A DNA stretch of 64,000 nucleotides, from positions 111,297 through 175,296 of the forward strand of contig JBBSMQ010000001.1 in NCBI GenBank assembly GCA_038233075.1, in the 5' to 3' direction. Within the stretch, counting starts at the first letter, position 1. Every line of letters starts with the position of its first letter. This document shows, one piece after another, positions 28,395-37,836 of this stretch. The DNA is from Acidimicrobiales bacterium (GTDB lineage: Bacteria; Actinomycetota; Acidimicrobiia; Acidimicrobiales; Iamiaceae). The translations under genes and the position numbers were made by a program. Under the pieces are notes generated by a model that ran no database searches, was not told the DNA's origin, and saw only the letters and a program-made list of their open reading frames with translations.

Positions 28395-29168
28395 TCACGC
28401 GTCCTCGCCCCGCGACTCGCAGACGCGGGTGCAGAAGTCGACGACCGCGGCCACCACCATGGGACCATCGTGGTCGAGGGTGACGACGTGGAAGCTGTCC
28501 GAGGCGGTCACCCGCTCCACGGGTCCGTTGACCGAGGCGGCCAGCACATCGCCGTTGGTCGGGTCCACGACGTGGTCCTGGGGGCTGGTGACGACGAGGA
28601 CGGGGCAGGAGATGCGCCCCAGGCGGTCCTGGAGCGCGGTCGCGGCGTCGAAGAGGGTCAGCATGGGGCGGAGAGGGGTCTCGGCGTACGCCAACTCGGT
28701 CACGCCCTCCTTGGCGATGTCCGACCCGATGCCGGCCATGACGACATCACCCGACGCGAGCATCGCCTCGATGCCGTCGCGCATGCCGTCGGGCGGTGTG
28801 ACCAAGGCGTTCAGACAGGCGATGCCGGAGATCTCGGGGTGGTCCGACGCCAGCCAGGCGGTGAGGCCGCCGCCCATCGACAGTCCGACCACCGCCACCG
28901 CACGACACGTCGCCGCCAGCGCCCCGTACGCCCGCTCGGTCTCGGCCAGCCAGTCGTCGAAGCCGGTCTCGACCATGTCCTCCACCGCCGTGCCGTGGCC
29001 GGGCAGCAGCGGCAGGTCGACGGTGAAGCCCTCGGCCGCCAGGGCCTCGGCGATCGGGCGCATCGACTGCGGGTTGCCGGTGAAGCCGTGCACGACGAGC
29101 ACCCCTCGGTCGTCGCCGTCGGCGTGGAAGGGCTCGGCGCCCTCCAGGATCGGTGTGGTCACGGTCAT
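28395..29168 (-). CDS. Alpha/beta hydrolase (carboxylesterase/monoacylglycerol-lipase-like)
   Basis: Trimmed to the ATG at 29168 (MTVTTPILEGAEPF...). It has HGFTGNP and the nucleophile elbow GLSMGG. Confidence 0.8.
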   Translation of the reverse strand: MTVTTPILEGAEPFHADGDDRGVLVVHGFTGNPQSMRPIAEALAAEGFTVDLPLLPGHGTAVEDMVETGFDDWLAETERAYGALAATCRAVAVVGLSMGGGLTAWLASDHPEISGIACLNALVTPPDGMRDGIEAMLASGDVVMAGIGSDIAKEGVTELAYAETPLRPMLTLFDAATALQDRLGRISCPVLVVTSPQDHVVDPTNGDVLAASVNGPVERVTASDSFHVVTLDHDGPMVVAAVVDFCTRVCESRGEDA

Positions 29169-29291
29169 CCTCCTCGACACCCGGGTCGGGCCCATGCTGG
29201 CCCTCGGTGGCCCCCGGGGCCGCATCCGGCTTCGGCCCGCGGGGCGTCGGCGCCTGCCGATGCCTGACCTTGACGCACGGGCCGGGCCCGT

Positions 29292-29305
29292 TGACCGGCG
29301 GGTCA
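29292..29305. promoter_or_regulatory. Candidate TetR operator palindrome upstream of the TetR-MFS-SCP2 operon
   Basis: TGACC-GGCG-GGTCA is a perfect inverted repeat 55 nt upstream of the TetR ATG (29360), in the divergent intergenic region. Confidence 0.3.
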
Positions 29306-29359
29306 GTATGTTGGTCGAGATGTCCGCCCGGCCGAGAGCGCACGCCCGACGGCGAGCCC

Positions 29360-29998
29360 ATGGCTGACGCCCGGCAGCTCACCAGCCAGGGACGGGAGCG
29401 GAAGGTCCAGCTCATCGAGGCCGCGGCCGACCTCTTCGCCGAACGGGGCTACGACGAGACCCGGATCGTCGACATCGTCGAGCGCGCCGGGGTGGCCAAG
29501 GGACTCTTCTACTGGTACTTCGAGAACAAGGAGGCCGTGGTCCGGGACCTGGTGGAGGAGAACCGCCACCGGCTGCGCCAGGCCCAGGCCGCGGCCATCG
29601 ATCCCGGCGCGGAGCCCCTGCGGCGCATCCGCCAGGGGGCCGAGGCCTCGCTCGAGCACATGTCCAGCCACACCCGGTTCTTCTCTCTGATCGAGGTGGA
29701 GAACCTGGACAAGCAGTTCGCCGATGTGCTCCGCCAGGGCACCGAGATCCATGCTCGGGATGTGGCCGACATCATCATCGAGGGCATCGCCGACGGCACC
29801 ATCCGCGACGAGGATCCGCTGCTGCTGGCCTACGGCGTGGTCGGTGCCGTGGGCTACTACGGCCACTTCCACCGCACCGGCCGGGTCGCCGTCGACTCCT
29901 CGGACCTCGCGGCCTTCGTGGGCCGCTTCGTCGTCTCCTCCCTCGCGGCCGACGAGCACATCGCCCGCCGAGCCCTCGCACCACCCGCTCGCCGGTGA
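29360..29998 (+). CDS. TetR/AcrR family transcriptional regulator
   Basis: Trimmed to the ATG at 29360. HTH region RKVQLIEAAADLFAERGYDETRIVDIVERAGVAKGLFYWYFENKEAV. Confidence 0.85.
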   Translation: MADARQLTSQGRERKVQLIEAAADLFAERGYDETRIVDIVERAGVAKGLFYWYFENKEAVVRDLVEENRHRLRQAQAAAIDPGAEPLRRIRQGAEASLEHMSSHTRFFSLIEVENLDKQFADVLRQGTEIHARDVADIIIEGIADGTIRDEDPLLLAYGVVGAVGYYGHFHRTGRVAVDSSDLAAFVGRFVVSSLAADEHIARRALAPPARR

Positions 29999-31617
29999 CG
30001 GCGGACGCGCTCACCGGCGCCCGAGGCCGGGTCGGGACCTGGCTCGACGGCCGGGACGGCTATCCCCGCGCCGTGCTGTTCGTGGGTCTGGCAGGGCTGT
30101 TCGCGACCGCCTTCCCGGTCACGATCCTCACCCTCGCCCTTCCGACCATCGCCACCGACTTCGGCGTGGACGAGGCCGGCCTGGCCTGGCTCATCACCCT
30201 GCCGATGCTCGGCTCGGCCCTCGCCCTGCCGGTGCTGGGCAAGCTGGGCGACCTCCACGGCCACCGGCGGGTGTTCATCGCCGGCTTCGCCCTGGCGGTG
30301 GTGTCCACCGCCCTCAGCGCCACGGCGCCCAACCCCGCCGCCCTCATCGGGTGGCGCACCTTCAGCCAGGTAGCGGGCAGCAGCACCATGCCCAGCTCGC
30401 TCGCCCTCATCAACGCCGTCCACCACGGCGAGCGCCGAGCCCGGGCCATGGGGTGGTGGTCGATGATCGCCGCCGTGGGACCGGTCATCGGGCTGATCGT
30501 CGGTGCCCCCGCCATCGACGCGGTGGGCTGGCCCCTGCTGTTCATCCTGCAGGCGACGGTGATGATGGTGCCGCTGGCGGCGTCATGGGCCGTGCTGCGC
30601 GAGACGCCGCGGGTCCGGGCCCGGTTCGACGTGCCCGGAGCGCTCGCCCTGGCGCTGGGGATCGGTCCCCTCCTGCTCGCGGTCGACCAGGCCCCGGACT
30701 GGGGGTTCACCAGCACCACCACCATCGGGTGCCTGGCGGTGGCCCTCGTCTCCCTGGCCGGGTTCACCCTCCTCGAGCGGCGCGCCGTCGCCCCCCTGGT
30801 GCCGCTCGACCTCGTCGGCACCCCGGCGCCGCGCGCCGCCCTGACCGCCAGCACCCTCACCGGTGCGGCCTACATGGGCGGGTTCTTCCTCGCCTCACTG
30901 ATGCTGGTGCGCCAGTTCGGCTACTCCCTCACCAGCGCGGTGCCCATCCTCGCCATCCGACCTGCCCTCTTCGCCGCCTCCTCACCCCTCGGGGGCCGGG
31001 TCACCGCCCGAGCCGGGGTGCGGGTGGCGGCCGTCGCTGGTGGGCTCTGCCTGGCCGCCGGTCTCACCGGCCTCGCCGTCGGCTCGGCCGTCGGGTCCCT
31101 CGTGGTCGTCGTGGGCGCGGGCCTGCTGCTGCAGGGCATCGGCTACGGACTCCTGCGACCCGCCCTCACCACCGCCCTGGCCGATGCGGTGGCCGAGCAC
31201 GACCTGGGCATGGCCGGGGCGTCGGAACGCCTGGCCAACCAGATCGGCATCGTCTTCGGCATCACCGTGATGGCGTCGATCTACGCGAGCGACGTCGACA
31301 ACCTCACCCCGGCGTTCCTGGTCGGCGCCGTGTTGGCGATGCTCGGCGCCGCCGTCGCCCTGTGGATGCGACCCACCCGGCGGGCCCCGGTGGCCCCCGA
31401 GGAGGAGGTGGAGACGGTGGCGGCGCAGGCCGGTCTGCCCCACCCGGAGCCGGACCGGGTCGAGGCGCCGATCCGGCGCGACGCCGGGCCCGGACCCGAC
31501 CAGTTCACCGAAGCCGGTCCGGCGACCTCGCCGGTGGGTCCACCGGGTCCGGGTAACGTGCCCACCCCGACTTGCGCGAACCCCCGAGGAGGACTCCGTG
31601 GCGCAGTTCCTGAGTGA
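29995..31617 (+). CDS. MFS transporter, DHA2 (EmrB/QacA, 14-TM) type
   Basis: GTGA overlap with the TetR stop. Motif A region LGKLGDLHGHRRVFIAG. 540-aa polytopic protein. Confidence 0.85.
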   Translation: MTADALTGARGRVGTWLDGRDGYPRAVLFVGLAGLFATAFPVTILTLALPTIATDFGVDEAGLAWLITLPMLGSALALPVLGKLGDLHGHRRVFIAGFALAVVSTALSATAPNPAALIGWRTFSQVAGSSTMPSSLALINAVHHGERRARAMGWWSMIAAVGPVIGLIVGAPAIDAVGWPLLFILQATVMMVPLAASWAVLRETPRVRARFDVPGALALALGIGPLLLAVDQAPDWGFTSTTTIGCLAVALVSLAGFTLLERRAVAPLVPLDLVGTPAPRAALTASTLTGAAYMGGFFLASLMLVRQFGYSLTSAVPILAIRPALFAASSPLGGRVTARAGVRVAAVAGGLCLAAGLTGLAVGSAVGSLVVVVGAGLLLQGIGYGLLRPALTTALADAVAEHDLGMAGASERLANQIGIVFGITVMASIYASDVDNLTPAFLVGAVLAMLGAAVALWMRPTRRAPVAPEEEVETVAAQAGLPHPEPDRVEAPIRRDAGPGPDQFTEAGPATSPVGPPGPGNVPTPTCANPRGGLRGAVPE

Positions 31618-32011
31618 GGAGTGGCTCGAACAGGCCAAGGCGATCCGCGAGGAGTACCGCGGCAAGGCCGGCGATCCGCCCCACGCCATGAAGATGAACC
31701 TCAACGTCAAGGAGTGCCCCGACGGCGTCGGCGACGGGGACCTCGTCGAGGCCCACATCGACTCGACGGGCGAGGAGGTGGACATGGACCTCGGCCACCT
31801 CGACTCGCCCGAGCTCACCGTCTCGCTGCCCTACGAGGTGGCCCGGGCGATCCTGGTCGAGGGCAACCCCCAGGCCGGCATGCAGGCCTTCATGTCCGGC
31901 CACATCACCGTGACCGGCGACATGACCAAGCTCATGGCCATGCAGAGCGGCACCATCGACCCCGTGCAGCTCGAGATCGCCGGTCGCATCAAGGACATCA
32001 CCGACACCTGA
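31598..32011 (+). CDS. SCP2 sterol-binding domain-containing protein
   Basis: GTG at 31598, preceded by a strong GAGGAGG 6 nt upstream. MAQFLSEEWLEQAKAI... and the C-terminal AGMQAFMSGHITVTGDMTKLMAMQ are typical of the SCP-2 fold. Confidence 0.8.
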   Translation: MAQFLSEEWLEQAKAIREEYRGKAGDPPHAMKMNLNVKECPDGVGDGDLVEAHIDSTGEEVDMDLGHLDSPELTVSLPYEVARAILVEGNPQAGMQAFMSGHITVTGDMTKLMAMQSGTIDPVQLEIAGRIKDITDT

Positions 32012-32120
32012 GGATCCCCTCGACCTCCCCGCCGCGAGCAGCCCCGCGAACCTGGGGCTCCTCCCGACGGTCTGGCGCGCCTGCTGCCGCCGGTCCGGGG
32101 GTGGGCCTCAGCTGGGCCTC

Positions 32121-33632
32121 TCAGTCGCTGAGGGTGGGCTGGGGGGCCGCCAGGCCTCCGGCGGGCACGGGCACCCCGGCCAGCTCGGCATCGACCACGT
32201 CAGCGCCGGCCACGGGATCGGGGTGGCGGCGACCGGGTGCGGTGCTGCGGCGGACACCCGCCGCCACGACGACGCACAACCCCGCTAGCACCGCGGCTGC
32301 CAGGTACGCCTGGGAGTAGCTGCGCTCCAGGCCCGCCACCGGGTCGCGCACCTGCTGCACCGTCTGGAGCAGCTGGATCCCGAAGGTGACGCCCACCTGC
32401 GAGACCATCTGCTGGGCCGCGCCGGCGACACCGAGGTCCGCCTCGTCGACTGCGTGGGCCACCGTCGAGGACATCGCCGGGTTGGAGATCCCCATCGCCA
32501 CCCCGGCCAGGGCGAGGCCCCCCACGATGACCACCGTGGTCGTGCCCACCCCGATGGTGGACATCCCCACCATGGAGCCGACGAGGGCGAGCGCGCCGAT
32601 GACGCCGGTGCCGCGCTCGCCCACGCGGACGACGACCAGGGCGGCCAGCGGTCCGGCCACGGCGAAGGCGAGGGGACGGGCAGTGGACACCAGACCGGTC
32701 CGGGTCTCGTCGAAGCCGAGCACGTTCTGCATGAGCAGGGGCGTGAGCACGAAGCTGCCCATGTAGGCGGCGTTCATGAGCCCCAGCATCACGATGGGCA
32801 GGGTGAAGTTGCGACGGCGCAGGTAGCGCGGCGGGACCAGAGGTCGCGGCGTCCGGCCCTCGTGGGCCAGGAAGCACACTCCGGCGAAGGGGGCCAGGAT
32901 CAGCAGCCCGACCACGACCGGGTCCGACCACCCTCGTCCCGGAGCCAGGTTCAGGGCCACCAGCAGGGGGGTGGCAGCGAGAGCGAGGAGCACGGCACCG
33001 CCCCAGTCGAAGGCGCGCTCACCTCGACGGGGCGTCTCGGGCAGGATCCGCATCGCCACCGCCAGCGCCCCGAGGACGAGTGGCACCTGCGCCGCGAACA
33101 ACACCCGCCAGCCGAAGGTGGCCACGAGGGGTCCGCCGATCACGACTCCCACGACCGGACCCCCCGCCGCGACCATCGACCACCAGCCCAGGGCTCGCAC
33201 CCGCTGCGCGCGCGGGTACACCAGCGCGATCAGGGCGAAGGAGGCGGGACCGGTGGCCGCGCCTTGCGCGGCGCTCACCACGCGGAAGGCGATGAGCGAG
33301 CCCGCGCTCCAGGCCAGGGCGCTGGCCCCGGCGCTGACGGCGGCACCGGCCAGGCCGAGGAGGAACACCCGGCGCTGGCCCCACAGGTCGCCCAGCTTGC
33401 CCACGGCCGGGCCGATGATGCCGAAGGCCAGGATGGGCCCGCTGACCACCCAGGTCAGGGTGCTCTGGCTGGCCCCCAGATCGTCGGAGATCCGGGGGAT
33501 GGACACCGCGAGGATCGTCACCGTCACGTTGACCGTGAACAGGCCCAGCAGCAGGGTGACGAGGATGGTGCGCGGCGAGCGGTCCGTCTGCAGCGCCGCC
33601 TCGTCCTCCGGCCGTTCCGTGGGCCCCGGCAT
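32121..33632 (-). CDS. MFS transporter, DHA2 type
   Basis: Track ORF 32121..33992 trimmed to the ATG at 33632 (MPGPTERPEDE...). Motif A VGKLGDLWGQRRVFLLG. 503-aa polytopic protein. Confidence 0.85.
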   Translation of the reverse strand: MPGPTERPEDEAALQTDRSPRTILVTLLLGLFTVNVTVTILAVSIPRISDDLGASQSTLTWVVSGPILAFGIIGPAVGKLGDLWGQRRVFLLGLAGAAVSAGASALAWSAGSLIAFRVVSAAQGAATGPASFALIALVYPRAQRVRALGWWSMVAAGGPVVGVVIGGPLVATFGWRVLFAAQVPLVLGALAVAMRILPETPRRGERAFDWGGAVLLALAATPLLVALNLAPGRGWSDPVVVGLLILAPFAGVCFLAHEGRTPRPLVPPRYLRRRNFTLPIVMLGLMNAAYMGSFVLTPLLMQNVLGFDETRTGLVSTARPLAFAVAGPLAALVVVRVGERGTGVIGALALVGSMVGMSTIGVGTTTVVIVGGLALAGVAMGISNPAMSSTVAHAVDEADLGVAGAAQQMVSQVGVTFGIQLLQTVQQVRDPVAGLERSYSQAYLAAAVLAGLCVVVAAGVRRSTAPGRRHPDPVAGADVVDAELAGVPVPAGGLAAPQPTLSD

Positions 33633-33939
33633 CGCTGGTTCCCCCTCGACGGCCACGGACGGACCGTACTTGACCCGCGGGTCAATCGAGCTGGGGCGGG
33701 CTGTGTTCCTGGTCACCCGGGCAGCGGAGGCCGCGCCCAAACCACGCCCCGGCGGGGGAGCACGAGGGGGCGCGGGCTCCCGGAGAAACCGGGCGGGGGA
33801 GCACAAGGGGGCAGAGGCTCCGCCGGAGCCCCCTCGTCCACGGATCGGTCCAGCTTGCTGGTCGATCCGTGCGAAAGCAGCGTCGACCGGAGGGAGACAC
33901 GACCAGCTCGTTCGAGAAGCTCCGCTCGAGAACGAAACC

Positions 33940-36207
33940 TCACTCCAGGATGATGTCGACCTCGGAGCCGCGGCGGACCTCCTGGCCCGCACCCGGGTCG
34001 GTGCCCGACGGGGTGCCCACGGCGGGGCCCCGGACCCCCCCGGCCACCAGACCCGCTCCCTCCATGGCGGCGACGGCCTCGGCCAGGGTGGCGACGCCGC
34101 TGACGTCGGGCACCGTCACCAGGTCAGGCCCCTGGGACACGACCACGGTGACGGTGCTGTCGCGGGCCACCTCGGCGCTGGCGCCGGGGTCGGTGGCGAT
34201 GACGACGCCCTCGGCCACGTCATCGCTGAAGCGGGGCTCCACCGCGGCGACGAGGCCCTCGGCGGCGAGGGCGGCCACCGCCTCGTCCTGGGAGGAGCCG
34301 GCCAGGTCCGAGGGGACGGTGCGGGGCTGGGGCCCGTCGGAGACGACCAGGCCCACGGTGGCACCGGTCTCGATGCGATCGGGTAGGCCGTCGGCGACCG
34401 AGATGACGACGTCGGCCGGCACCTCCTCGTCGAAGCGACGCTCGACGTCGGGCTCCAGACCGAAGAAGGTCAGCAGGTTGGTGGCCTCCTCGGCACCCAT
34501 CCCGGGCGCGACCGGGGGGAGGGCGACGAGGGTGGCGCCGACGGACACCAGCACGGTGACGGGCTGGCCCTCCTCGACCACCGTGCCGCGCCCGGGCCGG
34601 GTGCCGAGGACGTCGCCTGCGGTCGTCCCGTCCCGGCGCACCTCCTCCGAGGTGACCACCCAGCCCAGGTCGGTCAGGTTGGCCTCGGCCTCGGTGGCGG
34701 ACAGGTCGGTCACCGTCGGCACCGGATGGGTGGGCGTGGCCCGGGTGAGGTCGGCGGCCAGCAGGGCCATCACCGCGCCCAGACCGGCCACCAGCACCAC
34801 CAGGAGCAGTCGCCCCGGCCAGCGACGGCGCCGTCCGGTGGGCGAGCGAGGGTCCCAGTCCTCGCCCTCGACGATGTCGTCCTCAGCCCCGCCGTCAGGG
34901 TCGTCGGCCGGCTCGGCGTCGCTCGCCACCCGCCCGAGGCGGGCGAGACCATCGTTCGCGGTGGAAGCGGATGCGGTCCCGCTCGATCCCGGGGGACGGC
35001 CAGAGGACCCGGCGCCCACCAGGACCGTGGCGTCGGCGCCAGGGGCAGGCTTGGACCCCGGTCCCGGTCGCCGACCGACCGGGCCGGCCGTGACCGCATC
35101 CTCGGCCTGGCGCGGGCCGCCCGAGAGCTCTCCCTCGTCGCCCAGTCCGTCACCGGACCGCACGAAGGCGGGGACGTCGAGATCGTCCATGCGGTCGCGG
35201 GGTCGGCCGTCAGCCTGCTCGGCCTCCTCGCTCCGCCCGGACGACACGAAGGCGGGAACGTCGAGGTCGTCGAGGTCGTCGACGTCGGGGCGGAGCGGTC
35301 CCGTCCCCGCCAGATCCGTCAGGTCGCGGTCATCGGTCAGGTCCAGGTCGGCGCCGGCCAGCGGCACCGGGCGCGGTCGGGGGAGCTCGGCCGCGACCCG
35401 GGAGAGGGCCGTGGCGAGGCCTCGGGCGTCGGGACGCTCGTCGGGGCCGGCGGCGCCCGCCTCCGTCAACGGTCCGGCCAGCGGTCCGAGCCCGCCGGGC
35501 ACGACGAGCGGTCGTCCCACCCGGGCCATGAGGGTGCCGACGGTGGTGTCGGTGGCGAAGGGGACCTCGCCGGTCACCGCCTCCACCAGCACGAGCGCCA
35601 GGGCGTACACGTCGGCCCGCCCCGTGAGGGCCATCCCCTGGGCCTGCTCCGGGGAGGCGTAGCGGGCCGTGCCCACGACCGCCCCCTGGGGCTCGGTCCA
35701 CGCCGCCTCGGCCAGGGCCCGGGCCAGGCCGAAGTCGGCGATGCGGAGGCGTCCCTCATCCCCGAAGAGGAGGTTGGCGGGCTTGACGTCGCGGTGCACG
35801 AAGCCGCGGCGGTGGGCGTAGGCCAGGCCCGACGCGGCCTGGAGGCCGACCACCAGGGCCTGGGAGGGGGTGAGGCGGTGACCGAGGTCGAGGAGGGCGC
35901 GCAGGCTGCCTCCCCCGAGGTACTCGGTGACGATCCAGGGGGAGTCGTCGCCGTCCTGTCCCCAGTCGTAGACGGCCAAGACGTGGGGGTGGTTGAGGGC
36001 GGCGGCGGCGTGGGCCTCGGCGCGGAAGCGACGCAGGAACTGCTGGTCACCGGCCAGGGCGTCATGGAGGACCTTCACCGCCACCTGGCGCCGGAGGCGC
36101 ACGTCGTCGGCCACGAACACCTGGGCCGACGCCCCTCGTCCGATGGGGGCGAGGAGGCGGTAGCGGCCTCCGAGCACCCGACCGACCTGCTCGGTCATGC
36201 GGGACAT
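33940..36207 (-). CDS. pknB: PASTA-domain Ser/Thr protein kinase (PknB-like)
   Basis: The kinase motifs are intact: GRGASAQVF, VAVKVL, HRDVKPANLL, DFG and ARYASPE. One TM (LLLVVLVAGLGAVMALLAA) and four PASTA-like repeats follow. The start is ambiguous (ATG at 36207, 36198 or 36267). Confidence 0.9.
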   Translation of the reverse strand: MSRMTEQVGRVLGGRYRLLAPIGRGASAQVFVADDVRLRRQVAVKVLHDALAGDQQFLRRFRAEAHAAAALNHPHVLAVYDWGQDGDDSPWIVTEYLGGGSLRALLDLGHRLTPSQALVVGLQAASGLAYAHRRGFVHRDVKPANLLFGDEGRLRIADFGLARALAEAAWTEPQGAVVGTARYASPEQAQGMALTGRADVYALALVLVEAVTGEVPFATDTTVGTLMARVGRPLVVPGGLGPLAGPLTEAGAAGPDERPDARGLATALSRVAAELPRPRPVPLAGADLDLTDDRDLTDLAGTGPLRPDVDDLDDLDVPAFVSSGRSEEAEQADGRPRDRMDDLDVPAFVRSGDGLGDEGELSGGPRQAEDAVTAGPVGRRPGPGSKPAPGADATVLVGAGSSGRPPGSSGTASASTANDGLARLGRVASDAEPADDPDGGAEDDIVEGEDWDPRSPTGRRRRWPGRLLLVVLVAGLGAVMALLAADLTRATPTHPVPTVTDLSATEAEANLTDLGWVVTSEEVRRDGTTAGDVLGTRPGRGTVVEEGQPVTVLVSVGATLVALPPVAPGMGAEEATNLLTFFGLEPDVERRFDEEVPADVVISVADGLPDRIETGATVGLVVSDGPQPRTVPSDLAGSSQDEAVAALAAEGLVAAVEPRFSDDVAEGVVIATDPGASAEVARDSTVTVVVSQGPDLVTVPDVSGVATLAEAVAAMEGAGLVAGGVRGPAVGTPSGTDPGAGQEVRRGSEVDIILE

Positions 36208-36396
36208 CGCCACGTGACGAGGGTACTGGCCCCCCTTCGCCGGCTCGTGCACCATCGCGACCCGCACCCGTGCCGGTGATCGATCGGCACGCCCCCCCCG
36301 TGTGCTCCGACCACCAGAGCGGTCGGGTCAGCGAGCTCGCTGCGCGTCGGGACCGATGTCCGCAGGGCCCCGAGGTGCTGGCACCATGGATCCGCC

Positions 36397-36999
36397 ATGG
36401 ACGACCGACCCCCGCCCCCCGACCGGCCCGACGAGGGTCCGTCGCTCACCCCCGATGGGGGCGAGGTCGTGGTCAGCGAGGGCGAGGACCGATCGGACCC
36501 CTCCCTCATCCGCGACCCCCCGCCCCAGCCGCTGTTCTCGGTGCGTCGGCTGGCCATCCTGGTGGTGCTGGCCGCGGCCGTCGTCGCGCTGGTGGTGGCG
36601 GCCCGCTCCGGTGGGGGGTCGGTCGGCGAGGGCGACGATGTCGCCATCGTCGCCTACGACCCCCAGCCCGGCGGTCAGGTCGCCCGCCAGGCGCCCGTGG
36701 GCGTGGAGCTGGAGCAGGGCTACGACGGCCGGCTGACCATCAACGGCGTCGCCATCCCCGAGGAGCAGATGGTCGGGGCCATCGCCCCTGGCACCGAGGC
36801 CTACGCCAACCTCTCCGAGGAGCAGCGCCGGCTGGGTCCTCGCCCGAACAACAAGAACGTGGTGAAGTACCAGCCCGGGCCGGGCAAGGCCGTCACCAAG
36901 TACGACACCGGTGCGGTGCAGATCGGCGTGCGGTTCTGGAAGGTGGCCCAGGGTCCCGACGACGCCCGCACCATCACCTACACCATCAAGGTCTTCTGA
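36397..36999 (+). CDS. Membrane-anchored hypothetical protein
   Basis: 200 aa with one TM (LAILVVLAAAVVALVVAA) and a well-coding C-terminal domain (…VKYQPGPGKAVTKYDTGAVQIGVRFWKV…). Divergent from pknB. Confidence 0.6.
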   Translation: MDDRPPPPDRPDEGPSLTPDGGEVVVSEGEDRSDPSLIRDPPPQPLFSVRRLAILVVLAAAVVALVVAARSGGGSVGEGDDVAIVAYDPQPGGQVARQAPVGVELEQGYDGRLTINGVAIPEEQMVGAIAPGTEAYANLSEEQRRLGPRPNNKNVVKYQPGPGKAVTKYDTGAVQIGVRFWKVAQGPDDARTITYTIKVF

Positions 37000-37145
37000 T
37001 CAGGGCCGGTCGGGGTCCGCGCCATGGGCGGGGCGGGGCGCTCTCGGCGCCGGCTCGACTCTCACCACAGCACCTCGACCTGGCCACTCGCCTCGGCGGC
37101 GTCGTGCAGGCGCCGATCCTCCGCCTGACCCCTGCCGCCGGACCC

Positions 37146-37174
37146 TTGACAAAACGATCGTTCGGTTTGATACT
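37146..37174 (+). promoter_or_regulatory. Sigma-70-type promoter with embedded palindromic operator, giving a probably leaderless TetR-P450 transcript
   Basis: TTGACA (37146-37151), a 17-nt spacer, GATACT (37169-37174), then 5 nt to the ATG at 37180. The spacer contains the perfect 10-bp palindrome AACGATCGTT (37153-37162). Confidence 0.5.
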
Positions 37175-37179
37175 GCGGC

Positions 37180-37836
37180 ATGCCCAAGATCAGCGACGAG
37201 CGCAGGGCCGAGGTCCGCAACCGGCTCATCGACGCCGCCGTGCACGTGCTGCTGACCGAGGGTCCGGCCGCCGCCACCAGTCGACGCATCCTCGACCGGG
37301 CGGGCCTGTCGGCCGGCGCCCTGTACCACTACTTCTCGTCGCTGGACGAGCTCTACGCGGCGGTGGCCGAGCGCCTCAGCGAGGCCGACGATCCCTACTT
37401 CGAAAAGGTCGCCGCCGCCGGCGACGATCGGGCCGAGGTGCTGGCCGAGGTCCACGGTGCGGTGATGGCCGACATGTTCGGACCGGGCGACAACACCATC
37501 CTCGGTTCACTCCGGGTGGCGGCCAAGAGCAACCAGGTGGTGCGCACCGCGCTCGCCCGCTTCGACGAGCTCACCGTCGAGCGCTTCGGGGCCCTCAACC
37601 GGACCAGCCAGGAGGTAGGGCTCTTCCGCGACGACGTCGATGCGGAGGCCCTGGTCGAGGTGATCAGCACGTTCCTCGAGGGCTTCGCCACCAAGGAGGG
37701 GACCACCGGGTTCGTCACCGGCCGGGCGCACGTGCTCCGCCTCTTCCTGGAGATGCTCAGTGACCGGGTGCTCGACCCCGACAGCCCGTCGGCGCCGACG
37801 TTTCGCCACCTCATCGAGGAGATCACCACACCATGA
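37180..37836 (+). CDS. TetR/AcrR family transcriptional regulator
   Basis: 218 aa. N-terminal HTH RAEVRNRLIDAAVHVLLTEGPAAATSRRILDRAGLSAGALYHYF. Confidence 0.85.
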   Translation: MPKISDERRAEVRNRLIDAAVHVLLTEGPAAATSRRILDRAGLSAGALYHYFSSLDELYAAVAERLSEADDPYFEKVAAAGDDRAEVLAEVHGAVMADMFGPGDNTILGSLRVAAKSNQVVRTALARFDELTVERFGALNRTSQEVGLFRDDVDAEALVEVISTFLEGFATKEGTTGFVTGRAHVLRLFLEMLSDRVLDPDSPSAPTFRHLIEEITTP

